DNA from: a virus
Taxonomy: Duplodnaviria > Caudoviricetes
IMG/VR virus record: IMGVR_UViG_3300037420_000640
Coordinates: 1 to 27,087 of that record
Length of the DNA: 27,087 nt
Strand: one strand, 5' to 3'
Positions 1 through 8,530 of this stretch are shown here, piece by piece (within the stretch, counting starts at the first letter, position 1; each line of letters begins with the position of its first letter). The notes beneath the pieces were generated by a model, which saw only the letters and a program-made list of their open reading frames with translations, was not told where the DNA came from and ran no database searches. The position numbers and the translations under genes are program-made.

Positions 1-38
1 AACGAATTTCAACGCCAAACCCGATTTTAGGTGATCGC

Positions 39-506
39 ATGAGCAAGAGGGCGCCCATCACGAGCGCTGGCGAGGCAGTGCGGATTGTGCAGGCGGCAGG
101 GATTCCTGTCGTGCCTCCGGGCCACATGGTTCTGGACGAATGCGATTGGCCGCATTGGCGCAATGTCGTCGCGGAGTTTGCTCGGGCGGAATGGAGCGAG
201 CATCAGCTTGAGCTCGCTGCGATGCTGGCGCGCACGATGGCCGATCTGGCGAGGGAACAGCGGACGCTCCGAACGGAGGGTTATATAGCCGTCCGTGATA
301 ACGGAACGACGGTTGAGAATCCACGGGCGCGATCGGTGAAGTCGCTGACCGGGGATATTCTCTCGTTGCGTCGATCCTTGGCCCTCCACGCCCGCGCGCG
401 AAGTGGGGATTCGCGGAACGATGCGAAGCGGCGGGAAGCTGGGAAAGAGATCGAGCGCAATGCAGGGGATCACGATGAGCTGCTTCCGCGACCGCAAATC
501 AACTAG
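39..506 (+). CDS. terS: Terminase small subunit (P27-like)
   Basis: 155 aa, immediately upstream of terL; helical, with the G-x(9)-ENP...R...L segment typical of P27-type small subunits; AGGTGA SD-like sequence before the ATG. Confidence 0.8.
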   Translation: MSKRAPITSAGEAVRIVQAAGIPVVPPGHMVLDECDWPHWRNVVAEFARAEWSEHQLELAAMLARTMADLAREQRTLRTEGYIAVRDNGTTVENPRARSVKSLTGDILSLRRSLALHARARSGDSRNDAKRREAGKEIERNAGDHDELLPRPQIN

Positions 507-587
507 GGCCGCCGAACAACTTCAACACGTAACGCCGGAAATAGCCAAGCGGATACTCGCTTGGGTCAGGGAAAACGTGAAGAGTTA

Positions 588-738
588 GTTGCGGGCAGGA
601 CTGGATACCTGCTGCCTGCGGGAGGGGGTGGCCGGACCGTACCCTTATCCTAACGCCCGCATTCCAACGCGGCTAAGTGTGGGGAGCTACCCCGCTTAAA
701 CAGCCCGCGCCGTGCGCTTCTATCAGCGCCGCCGCAAC
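588..738 (-). ncRNA. tRNA-like structured RNA with an expanded anticodon-position arm; not a canonical tRNA
   Basis: Minus strand reads GTTGCGG-CG-GCGCT(GATAGA)AGCGC ... GCGGG[81 nt]CCCGC ... GCAGG(TATCCAGT)CCTGC-CCGCAAC: 7-bp acceptor stem, D-like arm, T-like arm stacked directly on the acceptor stem; no encoded CCA. Confidence 0.65.
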
Positions 739-745
739 GGACCAG

Positions 746-774
746 CGGCTAACACATGGTTCGATGAATTACAA
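746..774 (-). promoter_or_regulatory. Putative sigma70-type promoter for the tRNA-like RNA
   Basis: Minus strand TTGTAA-N17-TAGCCG with an extended -10 TG; the -10 ends 7 nt before the first base of the acceptor stem. The -10 lacks the last T, which is common in alphaproteobacterial promoters. Confidence 0.5.
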
Positions 775-796
775 GAACCGCCCAGACGTGGGCGAG

Positions 797-846
797 GGGC
801 TGGGAGATCCTAGGACGAAGGCTGCCGGGTGCAGCACTCCCAGCCC
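797..846. promoter_or_regulatory. Branched stem-loop upstream of the terL ribosome-binding site
   Basis: Perfect 10-bp inverted repeat GGGCTGGGAG (797-806) / CTCCCAGCCC (837-846) enclosing a GCTGC/GCAGC hairpin (821-835). Confidence 0.45.
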
Positions 847-865
847 ACTAAATCACGGAGCCGCG

Positions 866-2386
866 ATGACTGAGGGCGAAAAGGTCATCCAGTTCATCGA
901 AGAATTTTGCAGGGTTCCGGAGGGTGCACGCGTAGGCGAGAAGCTGAAGCTGGCCGAGTTCCAGAAGAAGTTTATTCTTGATATATACGATAATCCGGCC
1001 GGCACTCGGCGAGCTTATCTCGCGATCGCGCGTAAAAACGGGAAGAGCGCCCTTATAGCGTGCCTCCTCCTAGCGCATCTGGTCGGTCCCAGGGTTGTGC
1101 TGAACAGCCAATTGGTTTCGGGCGCCCGCTCGCGGGATCAAGCTGCGCTCGTGTTCAATTTGGCGGCCAAAATGGTCGATCTTGAACCTGAGCTGCGGAA
1201 GCGTGTCAGAATTGTTCCATCTGGCAAGCGCCTTATCGGCCTAGCATGGAACACGGAGTACAAGGCCCTAGCGGCTGACGGAACGACGGCCCACGGCCTT
1301 AGCCCTGTCCTCGCCATTCTTGACGAGGTGGGCCAGGTCAAAGGGCCGCAAGACGATTTCATAGACGCGATCACCACATCACAGGGCGCGCACGAAAAGC
1401 CGTTGCTGATTGCGATTTCGACGCAGGCGCCAACCGACGCGGATCTGTTCTCGATCTGGCTGGATGATGCAGAGCGGTCGGAAGATCCTTCGATTGTATC
1501 CCATGTCTATACGGCGCCTGAAGATTGCGCGCTGGATGACGAGGAGGCGTGGAAGGCGGCAAATCCGGCCCTAGGGCTATTCCGCTCGCGGCGAGATGTC
1601 GAGGAGCAGGCGGCGCAGGCCAAGCGGATGCCGAGCGCGGAGAATACCTTCCGCGTCCTGACGCTCAACCAGCGCGTCAACATGGTTGCCGCATTTGTAT
1701 CGGCGGCAACGTGGAAGGCCGGCAACGGCGCGCCTGGAGAGTTTGAGGGAGCGGTTTATGGCGGGCTGGATCTCTCTGCGACCACTGACCTTACAGCGCT
1801 TGTTCTCACATGCCGTAAAGACGGCATGGTTCACGTTCGACCATTCTTCTGGATGCCGCTCGATAGCGTCTCCGAAGCGGCCCGAAGGGACAAGGCTCCC
1901 TATGACGTTTGGGTTCGGGATGGGCTATTACGGACCACTCCTGGGAAAGTCATCGATTACGATTACGTGGCGCGGGACATCGGCCAAATCTGCTCCGGCC
2001 TCTCGATAGCGAAGATCGGTTTCGACCGCTGGCGCATGGACCGGATGCAACAGGCCCTCGCGAGACAGGGAGTCGAGCTTCCGCTGGAGCCGTTCGGGCA
2101 GGGCTACATGAGCATGTCGCCCGCGCTGGATGCACTGGAGGCCGACTTGCTCAAGGAATGCGTGCGCCACGGCGGGCATCCGGTGCTGGCGATGTGCGCG
2201 GCCAATGCTGTGGCGGTGAGCGATCCAGCAGGAAACAGGAAATTGGACAAGGCGAAGGCGACGGGCCGGATAGACGGGCTTGTCGCTCTGGCAATGGCGG
2301 AAGGGGTGGAGGCGATGATGCAGGAGCTGATCCCCGTCTCGCCCTGGGATGATCCGGCCTTTAGTTTGGTTGGTAGCACGCTATGA
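866..2386 (+). CDS. terL: Terminase large subunit
   Basis: Walker A ARKNGKS, Walker B ILDE, coupling motif ISTQ, nuclease motifs GLDLSATTDLT and RIDGLVA. Start placed at ATG 866 (GGAG at 857-860) rather than 677. Confidence 0.97.
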   Translation: MTEGEKVIQFIEEFCRVPEGARVGEKLKLAEFQKKFILDIYDNPAGTRRAYLAIARKNGKSALIACLLLAHLVGPRVVLNSQLVSGARSRDQAALVFNLAAKMVDLEPELRKRVRIVPSGKRLIGLAWNTEYKALAADGTTAHGLSPVLAILDEVGQVKGPQDDFIDAITTSQGAHEKPLLIAISTQAPTDADLFSIWLDDAERSEDPSIVSHVYTAPEDCALDDEEAWKAANPALGLFRSRRDVEEQAAQAKRMPSAENTFRVLTLNQRVNMVAAFVSAATWKAGNGAPGEFEGAVYGGLDLSATTDLTALVLTCRKDGMVHVRPFFWMPLDSVSEAARRDKAPYDVWVRDGLLRTTPGKVIDYDYVARDIGQICSGLSIAKIGFDRWRMDRMQQALARQGVELPLEPFGQGYMSMSPALDALEADLLKECVRHGGHPVLAMCAANAVAVSDPAGNRKLDKAKATGRIDGLVALAMAEGVEAMMQELIPVSPWDDPAFSLVGSTL

Positions 2387-2892
2387 ACGTGAGCGCAGAG
2401 CGGTGCCAAGAACTACTGAGCTATTGCGCTGAGACCGGCAAGCTGACTTGGGCGTGTGACCGCGTTTCAGGGCAGGGCAGAGTTAATGTCCACGCTGGCG
2501 ACATCGCCGGTTCTATTGGCCGCGCCGGATATCGCATTGTCCGCATAGACGGCAAGAATTATCGCGCTCATCGTGTCATTTGGCTGATGGCACACGGAGA
2601 CTGGCCCGAATACGAAATTGATCACATCAACGGAAACAGGGACGATAATCGTATCTCAAACTTGCGCCACGCAACTCGCTTGCAGAACGCAAAGAATGTC
2701 GGGCTGAGCAGGCGAAACAAGTGGGGCTCAAAGGGCGTAAGTTGGGACAGCCTAAAAGGCAGCTGGAGAGCGGACATTTGCGCCGATGGACGTGCCCGCT
2801 TCCTCGGCAATTTCGCAACAATTCCAGAAGCTAGAGCGGCTTACAGCGCGGCAGCGCTTGAACTTCATGGCGAATTTGGGCGGGCCGCCTGA
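2383..2892 (+). CDS. HNH endonuclease with C-terminal AP2-like DNA-binding domain (free-standing homing endonuclease)
   Basis: AHRVIW...IDHINGNRDDNRISNLR (HNH_3 type) followed by GVSW...WRADI...LGNF...A..AY..AA...HGEF (AP2-like); overlaps the terL stop and the portal start. Confidence 0.93.
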   Translation: MNVSAERCQELLSYCAETGKLTWACDRVSGQGRVNVHAGDIAGSIGRAGYRIVRIDGKNYRAHRVIWLMAHGDWPEYEIDHINGNRDDNRISNLRHATRLQNAKNVGLSRRNKWGSKGVSWDSLKGSWRADICADGRARFLGNFATIPEARAAYSAAALELHGEFGRAA

Positions 2893-4136
2893 TGGGGCCG
2901 GACGATCCGATCTTTGCCGAGAAGCGGATGATTACGTCGCTGACCGGCGAATCCATCGAGCGGCCGGGGGCAAATATCCTCCGCGTGTTCGGGCTAAGCG
3001 ATATTGCTCTGCCAACGGTCACGATCAGCACGGCGCTGACCGTTCCCGCTGTGTGGGCGGCAGTGTCGTTCCTGTCCCGCACCTTGGCTGCTTTGCCTCT
3101 GCACTCATACCGGAATTTGCCGGACGGAGCCAAGCGGATCGAGGGCGGCCTAGAGACGCTGATCCACGAAGCTCCTAACCCTGAGTGGACGAGCTTCAAG
3201 CTGCGCCAGCACTTCTGGCAACAGGTGTTCACCGGAGGCCGGGGACTACTCTACATCGAGCGTAGCGGAACGAACATCGTCGCTTTGTGGCCGATCGATC
3301 CGACGCGAGCCACGGTAAGACGGACGCCCACCGGAACGACCACTTACGAGGTCGGGACAAAGACATACCAGGCTTCGGAAGTCATCGATGTTCCGTTCAT
3401 GCTTCGGGCTGACGGTCTTTGCCATTACGGCCCGATCATGCAGGGCGCGGAGACGATCCAGCTCGCGCTAGCGATGAACAAGTACGGGTCCAAGTTCTTT
3501 GCCGGCGGCGGGGTTCCTCCGCTCGGCCTGACTGGCCCACTGCCGGCTGGTCCGGAAGCCATGAAGCGGGCGATGGCCGATGTTCAGCGGTCGATCGACG
3601 TAGCGCGGGAATCCAGCGCTCCAATCGTCCAGCTTCCGCCCGGGTACGAATTGAAGCCGATCGCCTTCGATCCCGACAAGGGGCAGATGGCGGAAGGGCA
3701 AAGGTTTGTGGTCGAGCAGATCGCGCGGCTGTTCAACATACCGCCTGTGTTTTTGCAAGACCTGGAGCGGGCGACGTTCACCAATGCCGAGCAGCAGGAC
3801 CTTCATTTGGTCAAGCACTTGGTGGGCCAGTGGGCGCAGGCGCTCGAAGAGGAAATGAACCTCAAGCTGTTCGGGCAGCGGAACGGCGGGCGCTACGTCG
3901 AGCACAACCTTGACGGGTTGCTTCGCGGCGACTTCAAGACCCGCGCCGATGCCGTCGCGGCCCTTGTCCAGTGTGCCGTTTATACGCCGAACGCGGGCGC
4001 TCAGTACATGGGCCAGGAAAAGAGCGACGATCCGCTGATGGACAAGCATTACATCCAAGGGGCCACCGTCCCGCTTGAGAAGAGCGGGGAAACAAAGCCG
4101 GGAACGCCACCGCCCGCCGATGGGGGTAACCAATGA
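2892..4136 (+). CDS. Portal protein, HK97 family
   Basis: 414 aa; LAALPL...PNP..TSF...G.G...IER, LWPIDP, IARLFNIPP, F.NAEQ, N.DGLLRGD motifs; position before the protease. Confidence 0.96.
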   Translation: MGPDDPIFAEKRMITSLTGESIERPGANILRVFGLSDIALPTVTISTALTVPAVWAAVSFLSRTLAALPLHSYRNLPDGAKRIEGGLETLIHEAPNPEWTSFKLRQHFWQQVFTGGRGLLYIERSGTNIVALWPIDPTRATVRRTPTGTTTYEVGTKTYQASEVIDVPFMLRADGLCHYGPIMQGAETIQLALAMNKYGSKFFAGGGVPPLGLTGPLPAGPEAMKRAMADVQRSIDVARESSAPIVQLPPGYELKPIAFDPDKGQMAEGQRFVVEQIARLFNIPPVFLQDLERATFTNAEQQDLHLVKHLVGQWAQALEEEMNLKLFGQRNGGRYVEHNLDGLLRGDFKTRADAVAALVQCAVYTPNAGAQYMGQEKSDDPLMDKHYIQGATVPLEKSGETKPGTPPPADGGNQ

Positions 4137-4726
4137 AGCTTGAACGCAGGGCGCTTTCTGCCCCGCTCGAAGTCCGCGCCGAGGGCAAGACAATCGGCGG
4201 ATATGCGGCAGTTTTCAATTCCACCACCGACATCGGCGGAATGTTTCGCGAGAAGATCGCTCCTGGCGCCTTCAAGCCGTCCCTAAACGGCGACGTGCGG
4301 GCTCTTTGGAACCACGACACGAATTATGTTCTGGGCAGAACCAAGGCCGGAACCCTCAGACTGTCGGAAGATGAGCGCGGCCTGGCGGTCGAGATCGACC
4401 TTCCCGATACGCAGGCAGCTCGCGACCTTCGCGAGAATATGCGCCTCGGAAACGTCGATGGGATGAGCTTCGGCTTTCGCGTCACCAAGCAGGAATGGGA
4501 CGAGACCGGAGACATCCCGCTCCGCACGATTCAAGAGGTCGAGCTATTCGAGGTCTCGGCCGTGACGTTTCCGGCTTACGAGGACACGGAAATCGCACTT
4601 CGCTCGCTCAACGATGATCGCAGTGAGCGCGAGAAAGCAGAGCACAACGCAGCCGCTGCCCGCGCTCGTATCGCCGCTCGCAAGGCGGAATCAGAGCAAA
4701 AGTTTCGGGGCATCAAGCCCGAATAA
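4133..4726 (+). CDS. Prohead protease, HK97 family
   Basis: GYAAVFN, E.IAPGAF, LWNHD, GMSFGF, L.EVSAVTFPAY motifs. Confidence 0.97.
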   Translation: MKLERRALSAPLEVRAEGKTIGGYAAVFNSTTDIGGMFREKIAPGAFKPSLNGDVRALWNHDTNYVLGRTKAGTLRLSEDERGLAVEIDLPDTQAARDLRENMRLGNVDGMSFGFRVTKQEWDETGDIPLRTIQEVELFEVSAVTFPAYEDTEIALRSLNDDRSEREKAEHNAAAARARIAARKAESEQKFRGIKPE

Positions 4727-4729
4727 TCC

Positions 4730-4810
4730 CGGCGCAAGCCGAGCCCTAACCAAGCCCTTGGGAAAGGCGAGACCCGCACCGTCGCGATGACGGCGCTTTC
4801 TCACAGAAAG
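4730..4810 (+). promoter_or_regulatory. Structured leader of the major capsid gene (diverged copy of the repeated late leader)
   Basis: Hairpins CGGC(GCAA)GCCG, GCC(CTTGGGAAA)GGC, CCGTC(GCGAT)GACGG and CTTTC(TCACA)GAAAG; same architecture as 7279-7333 and 8925-8962. Confidence 0.55.
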
Positions 4811-4818
4811 ACCCAACC

Positions 4819-6087
4819 ATGAATCTCACTGAGATGCAGGACAAGCGCGGCCAGCTTGTCACCGAGGCGCGTTCGGCGCTCGACGAAATCAAGGCCAACA
4901 CCGACGAAGCTCGCGCGACGGAGCTTGAGCAGCGCCATGACAAGATCATGGGCGAGCTCGACAAGCTCGACGCCAACATTGCGCGCGAGCAGCGCCAGGT
5001 CGAGCGCGAGAAGACCGAGACCGAGAAGCGTGAGCAGCGCCGGCCAGACCAGAGCGGCGAAGGCCGCGCGGTCGATGAGGCGAAGAAGCCGGAATATCGC
5101 GATGTGTTCGTGAAGCTGGCTCGGAGCGGCTTTGATCCGCAGGAGCTTTCGGCGGAAGAGCGCTCCATTCTGAAGCGCGGCATCTACGTGCCGAGCGAAG
5201 AGGAGGCCCGCGCACAGACTGTCGGCACCAATTCGGCCGGTGGCTACACTGTCCCGACCGATCTTGCGGCATCCGTCGACAAGACCCTCAAGATGTGGGG
5301 TCCGATGTATGACGAGGCGATCTGCAACGTCCTCAATACGGCTTCGGGCAATCCGATCGACTTCCCGACTGTTGACGATACGGCATCGACGGTTTCGCAG
5401 CACACGGAAGCCGCTGCGATGACGGACGATGGCTCAAAGGACGCTTCACTATCGAAGATGACGCTCAATGCGTTCGCTTACGACACGAGTTGGGTGCAGA
5501 TCTCGATGGAGCTTCTTCAGGACAGCGCCATCAACGTCGAATCGTTCATCGGCGAACTGCTCGGCGAACGTCTTGCCCGCCGCGTCAATACCGAGCTGAC
5601 CACGGGCGACGGCACGGGCGATCCGAACGGCATCGTCACCGCCTCCACGGCCGGCAAGACCGCCGCTCTGACGACTGCGTTCACGGCAGACGAGGTTATT
5701 GACCTCCTGCACTCGGTTGATCCGGCGTATCGCGCGTCTCCGAAGGCTCGCTTCATGATGCACGACACCGTGCTTGCCGCGGTTCGCAAGCTGAAGGACG
5801 GCCAGGGCCAGTACATCTGGTCGATGGGCGATATCCGAGGCGGCGCCCCGGCGTCCCTACTCGGCCAGCCTTACAGCGTGAACCAGGCGATGAGCTCGGC
5901 CTTCACCACGGGCCAGAAGCTGATCCTGTTTGGCGATTTCGGCAAGTATTTCGTCCGCAAGGTCGGCTCTCCGGTCATCGGCGTGCGGCGCGAATACTAC
6001 TGGCCGAACATCGGTCTCGCCGGGATCGTTCGCCTCGATGGCGATCTGATCCAGACGAGCGCCGTCAAGCACCTCAAGCTGGCCTAA
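4819..6087 (+). CDS. Major capsid protein, HK97 fold with N-terminal delta/scaffold domain
   Basis: Coiled-coil N-terminal ~110 aa, GGYTVP, ISMELLQDS, G.G...P.GI, KLKDGQGQYIW, LLGQP, FGDF, R.DG motifs. Confidence 0.97.
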   Translation: MNLTEMQDKRGQLVTEARSALDEIKANTDEARATELEQRHDKIMGELDKLDANIAREQRQVEREKTETEKREQRRPDQSGEGRAVDEAKKPEYRDVFVKLARSGFDPQELSAEERSILKRGIYVPSEEEARAQTVGTNSAGGYTVPTDLAASVDKTLKMWGPMYDEAICNVLNTASGNPIDFPTVDDTASTVSQHTEAAAMTDDGSKDASLSKMTLNAFAYDTSWVQISMELLQDSAINVESFIGELLGERLARRVNTELTTGDGTGDPNGIVTASTAGKTAALTTAFTADEVIDLLHSVDPAYRASPKARFMMHDTVLAAVRKLKDGQGQYIWSMGDIRGGAPASLLGQPYSVNQAMSSAFTTGQKLILFGDFGKYFVRKVGSPVIGVRREYYWPNIGLAGIVRLDGDLIQTSAVKHLKLA

Positions 6088-6094
6088 ACCTTTC

Positions 6095-6125
6095 GGGCGG
6101 GGCTTCGCGGTCCCGCCCTTCTTTT
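6095..6125 (+). terminator. Intrinsic terminator after the major capsid gene
   Basis: GGGCGGGGC-TTCGCG-GTCCCGCCC hairpin followed by TTCTTTT. Confidence 0.8.
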
Positions 6126-6141
6126 CAGGAGGGCCGATATA

Positions 6142-6519
6142 ATGGCTGGTGGTTACAATGTGACCGGCTATCGCAATGGCGATGGCGTATTGGTCATTCA
6201 GGGGCAGACTGCGGTAACGCAGGCGACCTCGATTACTACGGGCGTGACGTGCAATGCCTATTCTGGCGTTATCACGACCGTCTCGCAGACGGTGGCGGCC
6301 GGTTCCAATGCCGAGTTCACCGTGACCAACTCAAAGGTCGTTGCGACGGACAATATCGTCGTCAACATCAAAACGCACACCTCGGCGGGATCGTTCATTG
6401 CGGCTGTTTCCACGGTAGCTGCTGGATCGTTCAAGATCAGGTTGTGCAACCTTCACGCTTCGGCGGCGGGCGACAATGTTCTCGTGCTGAACTTCACCGT
6501 CGTGAAGGCTGAAGCCTAA
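6142..6519 (+). CDS. Hypothetical virion protein, beta-rich (possible head decoration or fibre)
   Basis: 125 aa, T/V/A/S-rich, strong AGGAGG SD, directly after the capsid gene. Function inferred from position only. Confidence 0.7.
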   Translation: MAGGYNVTGYRNGDGVLVIQGQTAVTQATSITTGVTCNAYSGVITTVSQTVAAGSNAEFTVTNSKVVATDNIVVNIKTHTSAGSFIAAVSTVAAGSFKIRLCNLHASAAGDNVLVLNFTVVKAEA

Positions 6520-6695
6520 TGAGAGTGCGGTTGCTTGTCGGTTTTGCCGGAGCAACCGTCCTCGTCCCAGGGGATGAGGCGGAGTTCGCTAATGCCGAGG
6601 CTATTCGGCTGATCGAAGCGGGCTTCGCCGTCCCCATTGCCGCACCTGTCGAAACGGCGGTCAGGAAATTGGACGAAAAGAGGAAGCGCAAATGA
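6519..6695 (+). CDS. Small hypothetical head-region protein (58 aa, not in the ORF track)
   Basis: MRVRLLVGFAGATVLVPGDEAEFANAEAIRLIEAGFAVP...KRKRK; TAATG overlap upstream and ATGA overlap downstream fill the gap exactly; the GD...EA.RLI..G.A pattern is common in small genes after capsid genes. Confidence 0.8.
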   Translation: MRVRLLVGFAGATVLVPGDEAEFANAEAIRLIEAGFAVPIAAPVETAVRKLDEKRKRK

Positions 6696-7276
6696 GCTGG
6701 CTTCCCACGGTCGTTACCGTTGTCCCGGCATCAGAGCCTGTTTCATTGGCCGAGGCAAGGTCTCAGTGCAGGATAGATGGCACGGATTCAGACGGCGACC
6801 TCAACCGATACATCATCGCCGCGCGGACGCTCATTGAGGAATATACGGGGACCAAGCTGGTCTCTCAGACAGTGCTCATGCAGGCATCTGGCTTCGGCGA
6901 CCTCATCGATCTTCCGACCGCGCCAATTCTTTCGGTTTCGTCAGTCAAATACCTCGATACTGCGGGCGTCGAGCAGACGCTTGATACTTCAGTTTACGAG
7001 CTTGTGAATACGGGCCTCGATCCGCAAATCCGATTGAAAATCAACCAGACCTGGCCGTCAGTGCGTCCCGTTTCGGATGCGGTCAGAATTACCGCGACCG
7101 TTGGGTATTCGACTGTGCCGGAGTCCATCCGCGCCGCGATGCTCATGCTCATTGCCCAATGGAACGATGAGCGATCCTCGATTTCATCAGTGCGCCAATC
7201 CGTGACTTCAGATGGCAGCGTTCCGACGCTCCCCAACACGGTTGACGCGCTTCTCGCAAATTACCGCCGCTTCTAA
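6692..7276 (+). CDS. Head-tail connector (gp6-like adaptor, phiE125 gp8 type)
   Basis: EPVSLAEAR..CRID...D...I.AAR...E.YTG..L..QT, LP.AP..SV.SVKY.D, GY...VP..IR.AML motifs. Confidence 0.92.
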   Translation: MSWLPTVVTVVPASEPVSLAEARSQCRIDGTDSDGDLNRYIIAARTLIEEYTGTKLVSQTVLMQASGFGDLIDLPTAPILSVSSVKYLDTAGVEQTLDTSVYELVNTGLDPQIRLKINQTWPSVRPVSDAVRITATVGYSTVPESIRAAMLMLIAQWNDERSSISSVRQSVTSDGSVPTLPNTVDALLANYRRF

Positions 7277-7278
7277 CC

Positions 7279-7333
7279 CAGCCTTAGGCAAGCTGCCGCC
7301 GCGCCGTGAGGCGCCGCATCCCTTTGATGGAGC
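7279..7333 (+). promoter_or_regulatory. Repeated structured late leader (copy before the 137-aa gene)
   Basis: CAGC(CTTAGGCAA)GCTG-CCGCC-GCGCC(GTGA)GGCGC-C-GCATCCCTTTGATGGAGC; the last element contains the SD. Confidence 0.65.
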
Positions 7334-7342
7334 CCACATAAC

Positions 7343-7756
7343 ATGGCCGATCTTACGATTACCGCAACGAGCGTTGTTGCCGGTTCGACTGCCCGCATTA
7401 CCGAAGGAACTGCCGGAGTCGCAGTGACCGCCGGACAGGTTCTCTATCAGGAGGGCTCGACCGGCCTCATGAAGCTGTGTGATTGCAACAGCGCGACCGC
7501 CGAAGTCCGCGTGCCCAAGGGCATCGCCCTTCATGCCGCCGCTGCAAACCAGCCGGTTGCCTTTCTCACTCAGGGGCCAATCACGATTGGCGCGACCGTC
7601 ACGGCGGGGACGACCTATTTCGTCTCCGGCACTGCGGGCGGCATTCGGCCGGCGGCTGACAACACCACGGGCGACTATGTTTCGATCGTCGGTATTGCCA
7701 CGTCCACGACCGTTATTGACGTGCTGTTCCACCAGTCCGGCGTGGCGATGGCCTAA
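7343..7756 (+). CDS. Hypothetical structural protein (possible capsid decoration/cement)
   Basis: 137 aa, A/T/G/V-rich; AG..VTAGQVLY...GIALHAA...QP pattern resembles cement-type proteins; has its own structured leader. Confidence 0.65.
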   Translation: MADLTITATSVVAGSTARITEGTAGVAVTAGQVLYQEGSTGLMKLCDCNSATAEVRVPKGIALHAAAANQPVAFLTQGPITIGATVTAGTTYFVSGTAGGIRPAADNTTGDYVSIVGIATSTTVIDVLFHQSGVAMA

Positions 7757-8094
7757 TGCAAGCCGGCGACCTTCGGGACCGTATTGCCATCCGGCGCAGG
7801 ACGGAAACGAAGAACGCCGGAGGCGGCCTCGATATCGGGTGGGCGGACCTTGCCACGATATGGGCCAATATCCGGTCGATCAACGGCAGGGAGGCCATCA
7901 TTGGCGGCGTTCTCCAGGGGATTTCATATTTTGAGATCGTCGTTCGCCACCGGACCGACCTTGAGGTGTCTGACCAGATCCTCTGGCTGTCCAACGGCGA
8001 CAGGGAATTGAACATCCTCTCTGCCGAGGATCGTGATGGAAGGCGGCAATGGACCGTTATTCAGGCGTCCGACCAAAGCCCGCAGAATGCGTAG
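7756..8094 (+). CDS. Head closure / head-tail adaptor (SPP1 gp16-like)
   Basis: MQAGDLRDRI.I, GG....W....T.WA.I....GRE, I.VRHR.D motifs. Confidence 0.92.
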   Translation: MQAGDLRDRIAIRRRTETKNAGGGLDIGWADLATIWANIRSINGREAIIGGVLQGISYFEIVVRHRTDLEVSDQILWLSNGDRELNILSAEDRDGRRQWTVIQASDQSPQNA

Positions 8095-8530
8095 GTATGT
8101 TCGGGGAGATCGTTCGTTCACCCGGCTCCTCAAGCAAATGCCGGATACGGTTGCCGATGAGCTGAGAACGGAACTCGGCAAGACGGGACGCTCTGTTCTC
8201 GCGCTTCAGCGGCGCAGGGCACCGTTCCGCACCGGGGCGTTGCAGGCCGGATTGTCCTACGCGGTCACTCCCAAGCGTCTGAGTCTCAAGGTCGGTCTCG
8301 TCGGCAAGGCGATCAACCGCCGACTCTTTTATGGATGGTTCGTCCAGTGGGGTCGCAAGGGCGGCGGTCGCGGGGTCAAGCGCAAGAGCGCGAAATATGC
8401 GGCCGGTGTCGGGAAAATGCCGCCGCATCCGTTCGTGTTCATCGCGGGACTGAGAGAGCAGATTTACCCGGCCTATCGCAACATTTGGGAGCGCGTGTTG
8501 AGAAAGGCCGGAGGGCAGAGCGATGATTGA
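8087..8530 (+). CDS. HK97 gp10-like neck/tail protein
   Basis: Basic; AP.RTGAL..., FYGWFVQWG and KMPPHPF motifs; start moved to ATG 8087, overlapping the previous stop. Confidence 0.85.
   Translation: MRRYVRGDRSFTRLLKQMPDTVADELRTELGKTGRSVLALQRRRAPFRTGALQAGLSYAVTPKRLSLKVGLVGKAINRRLFYGWFVQWGRKGGGRGVKRKSAKYAAGVGKMPPHPFVFIAGLREQIYPAYRNIWERVLRKAGGQSDD

Noticed and set aside
1-38. cos/packaging site upstream of terS
   Set aside because: Expected by position, but too little sequence and no diagnostic pattern.
403-588. 61-aa ORF (or 37 aa from ATG 475) overlapping the terS end
   Set aside because: Largely overlaps terS, no motif; cannot be supported, though not excluded.
585-622. Resemblance to the reverse complement of a tRNA-Met 3' half (possible tRNA gene or att site)
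   Set aside because: No CCA, 8-nt non-canonical T loop, no anticodon loop, no integrase or second copy; kept only as a tRNA-like RNA.
797-846. Possible hammerhead ribozyme (three-way junction)
   Set aside because: Lacks the CUGANGA and GAAA core on either strand.
677-865. 63-codon N-terminal extension of terL in the ORF track
   Set aside because: Runs through structured non-coding elements; a good SD and terminase-like sequence begin at ATG 866.
3468-5403. Long antisense ORFs (3468-4193, 4801-5403; similarly 10620-11282, 14743-15339, 23927-24535)
   Set aside because: Shadow frames of high-GC genes with clear sense-strand identity; no motifs.
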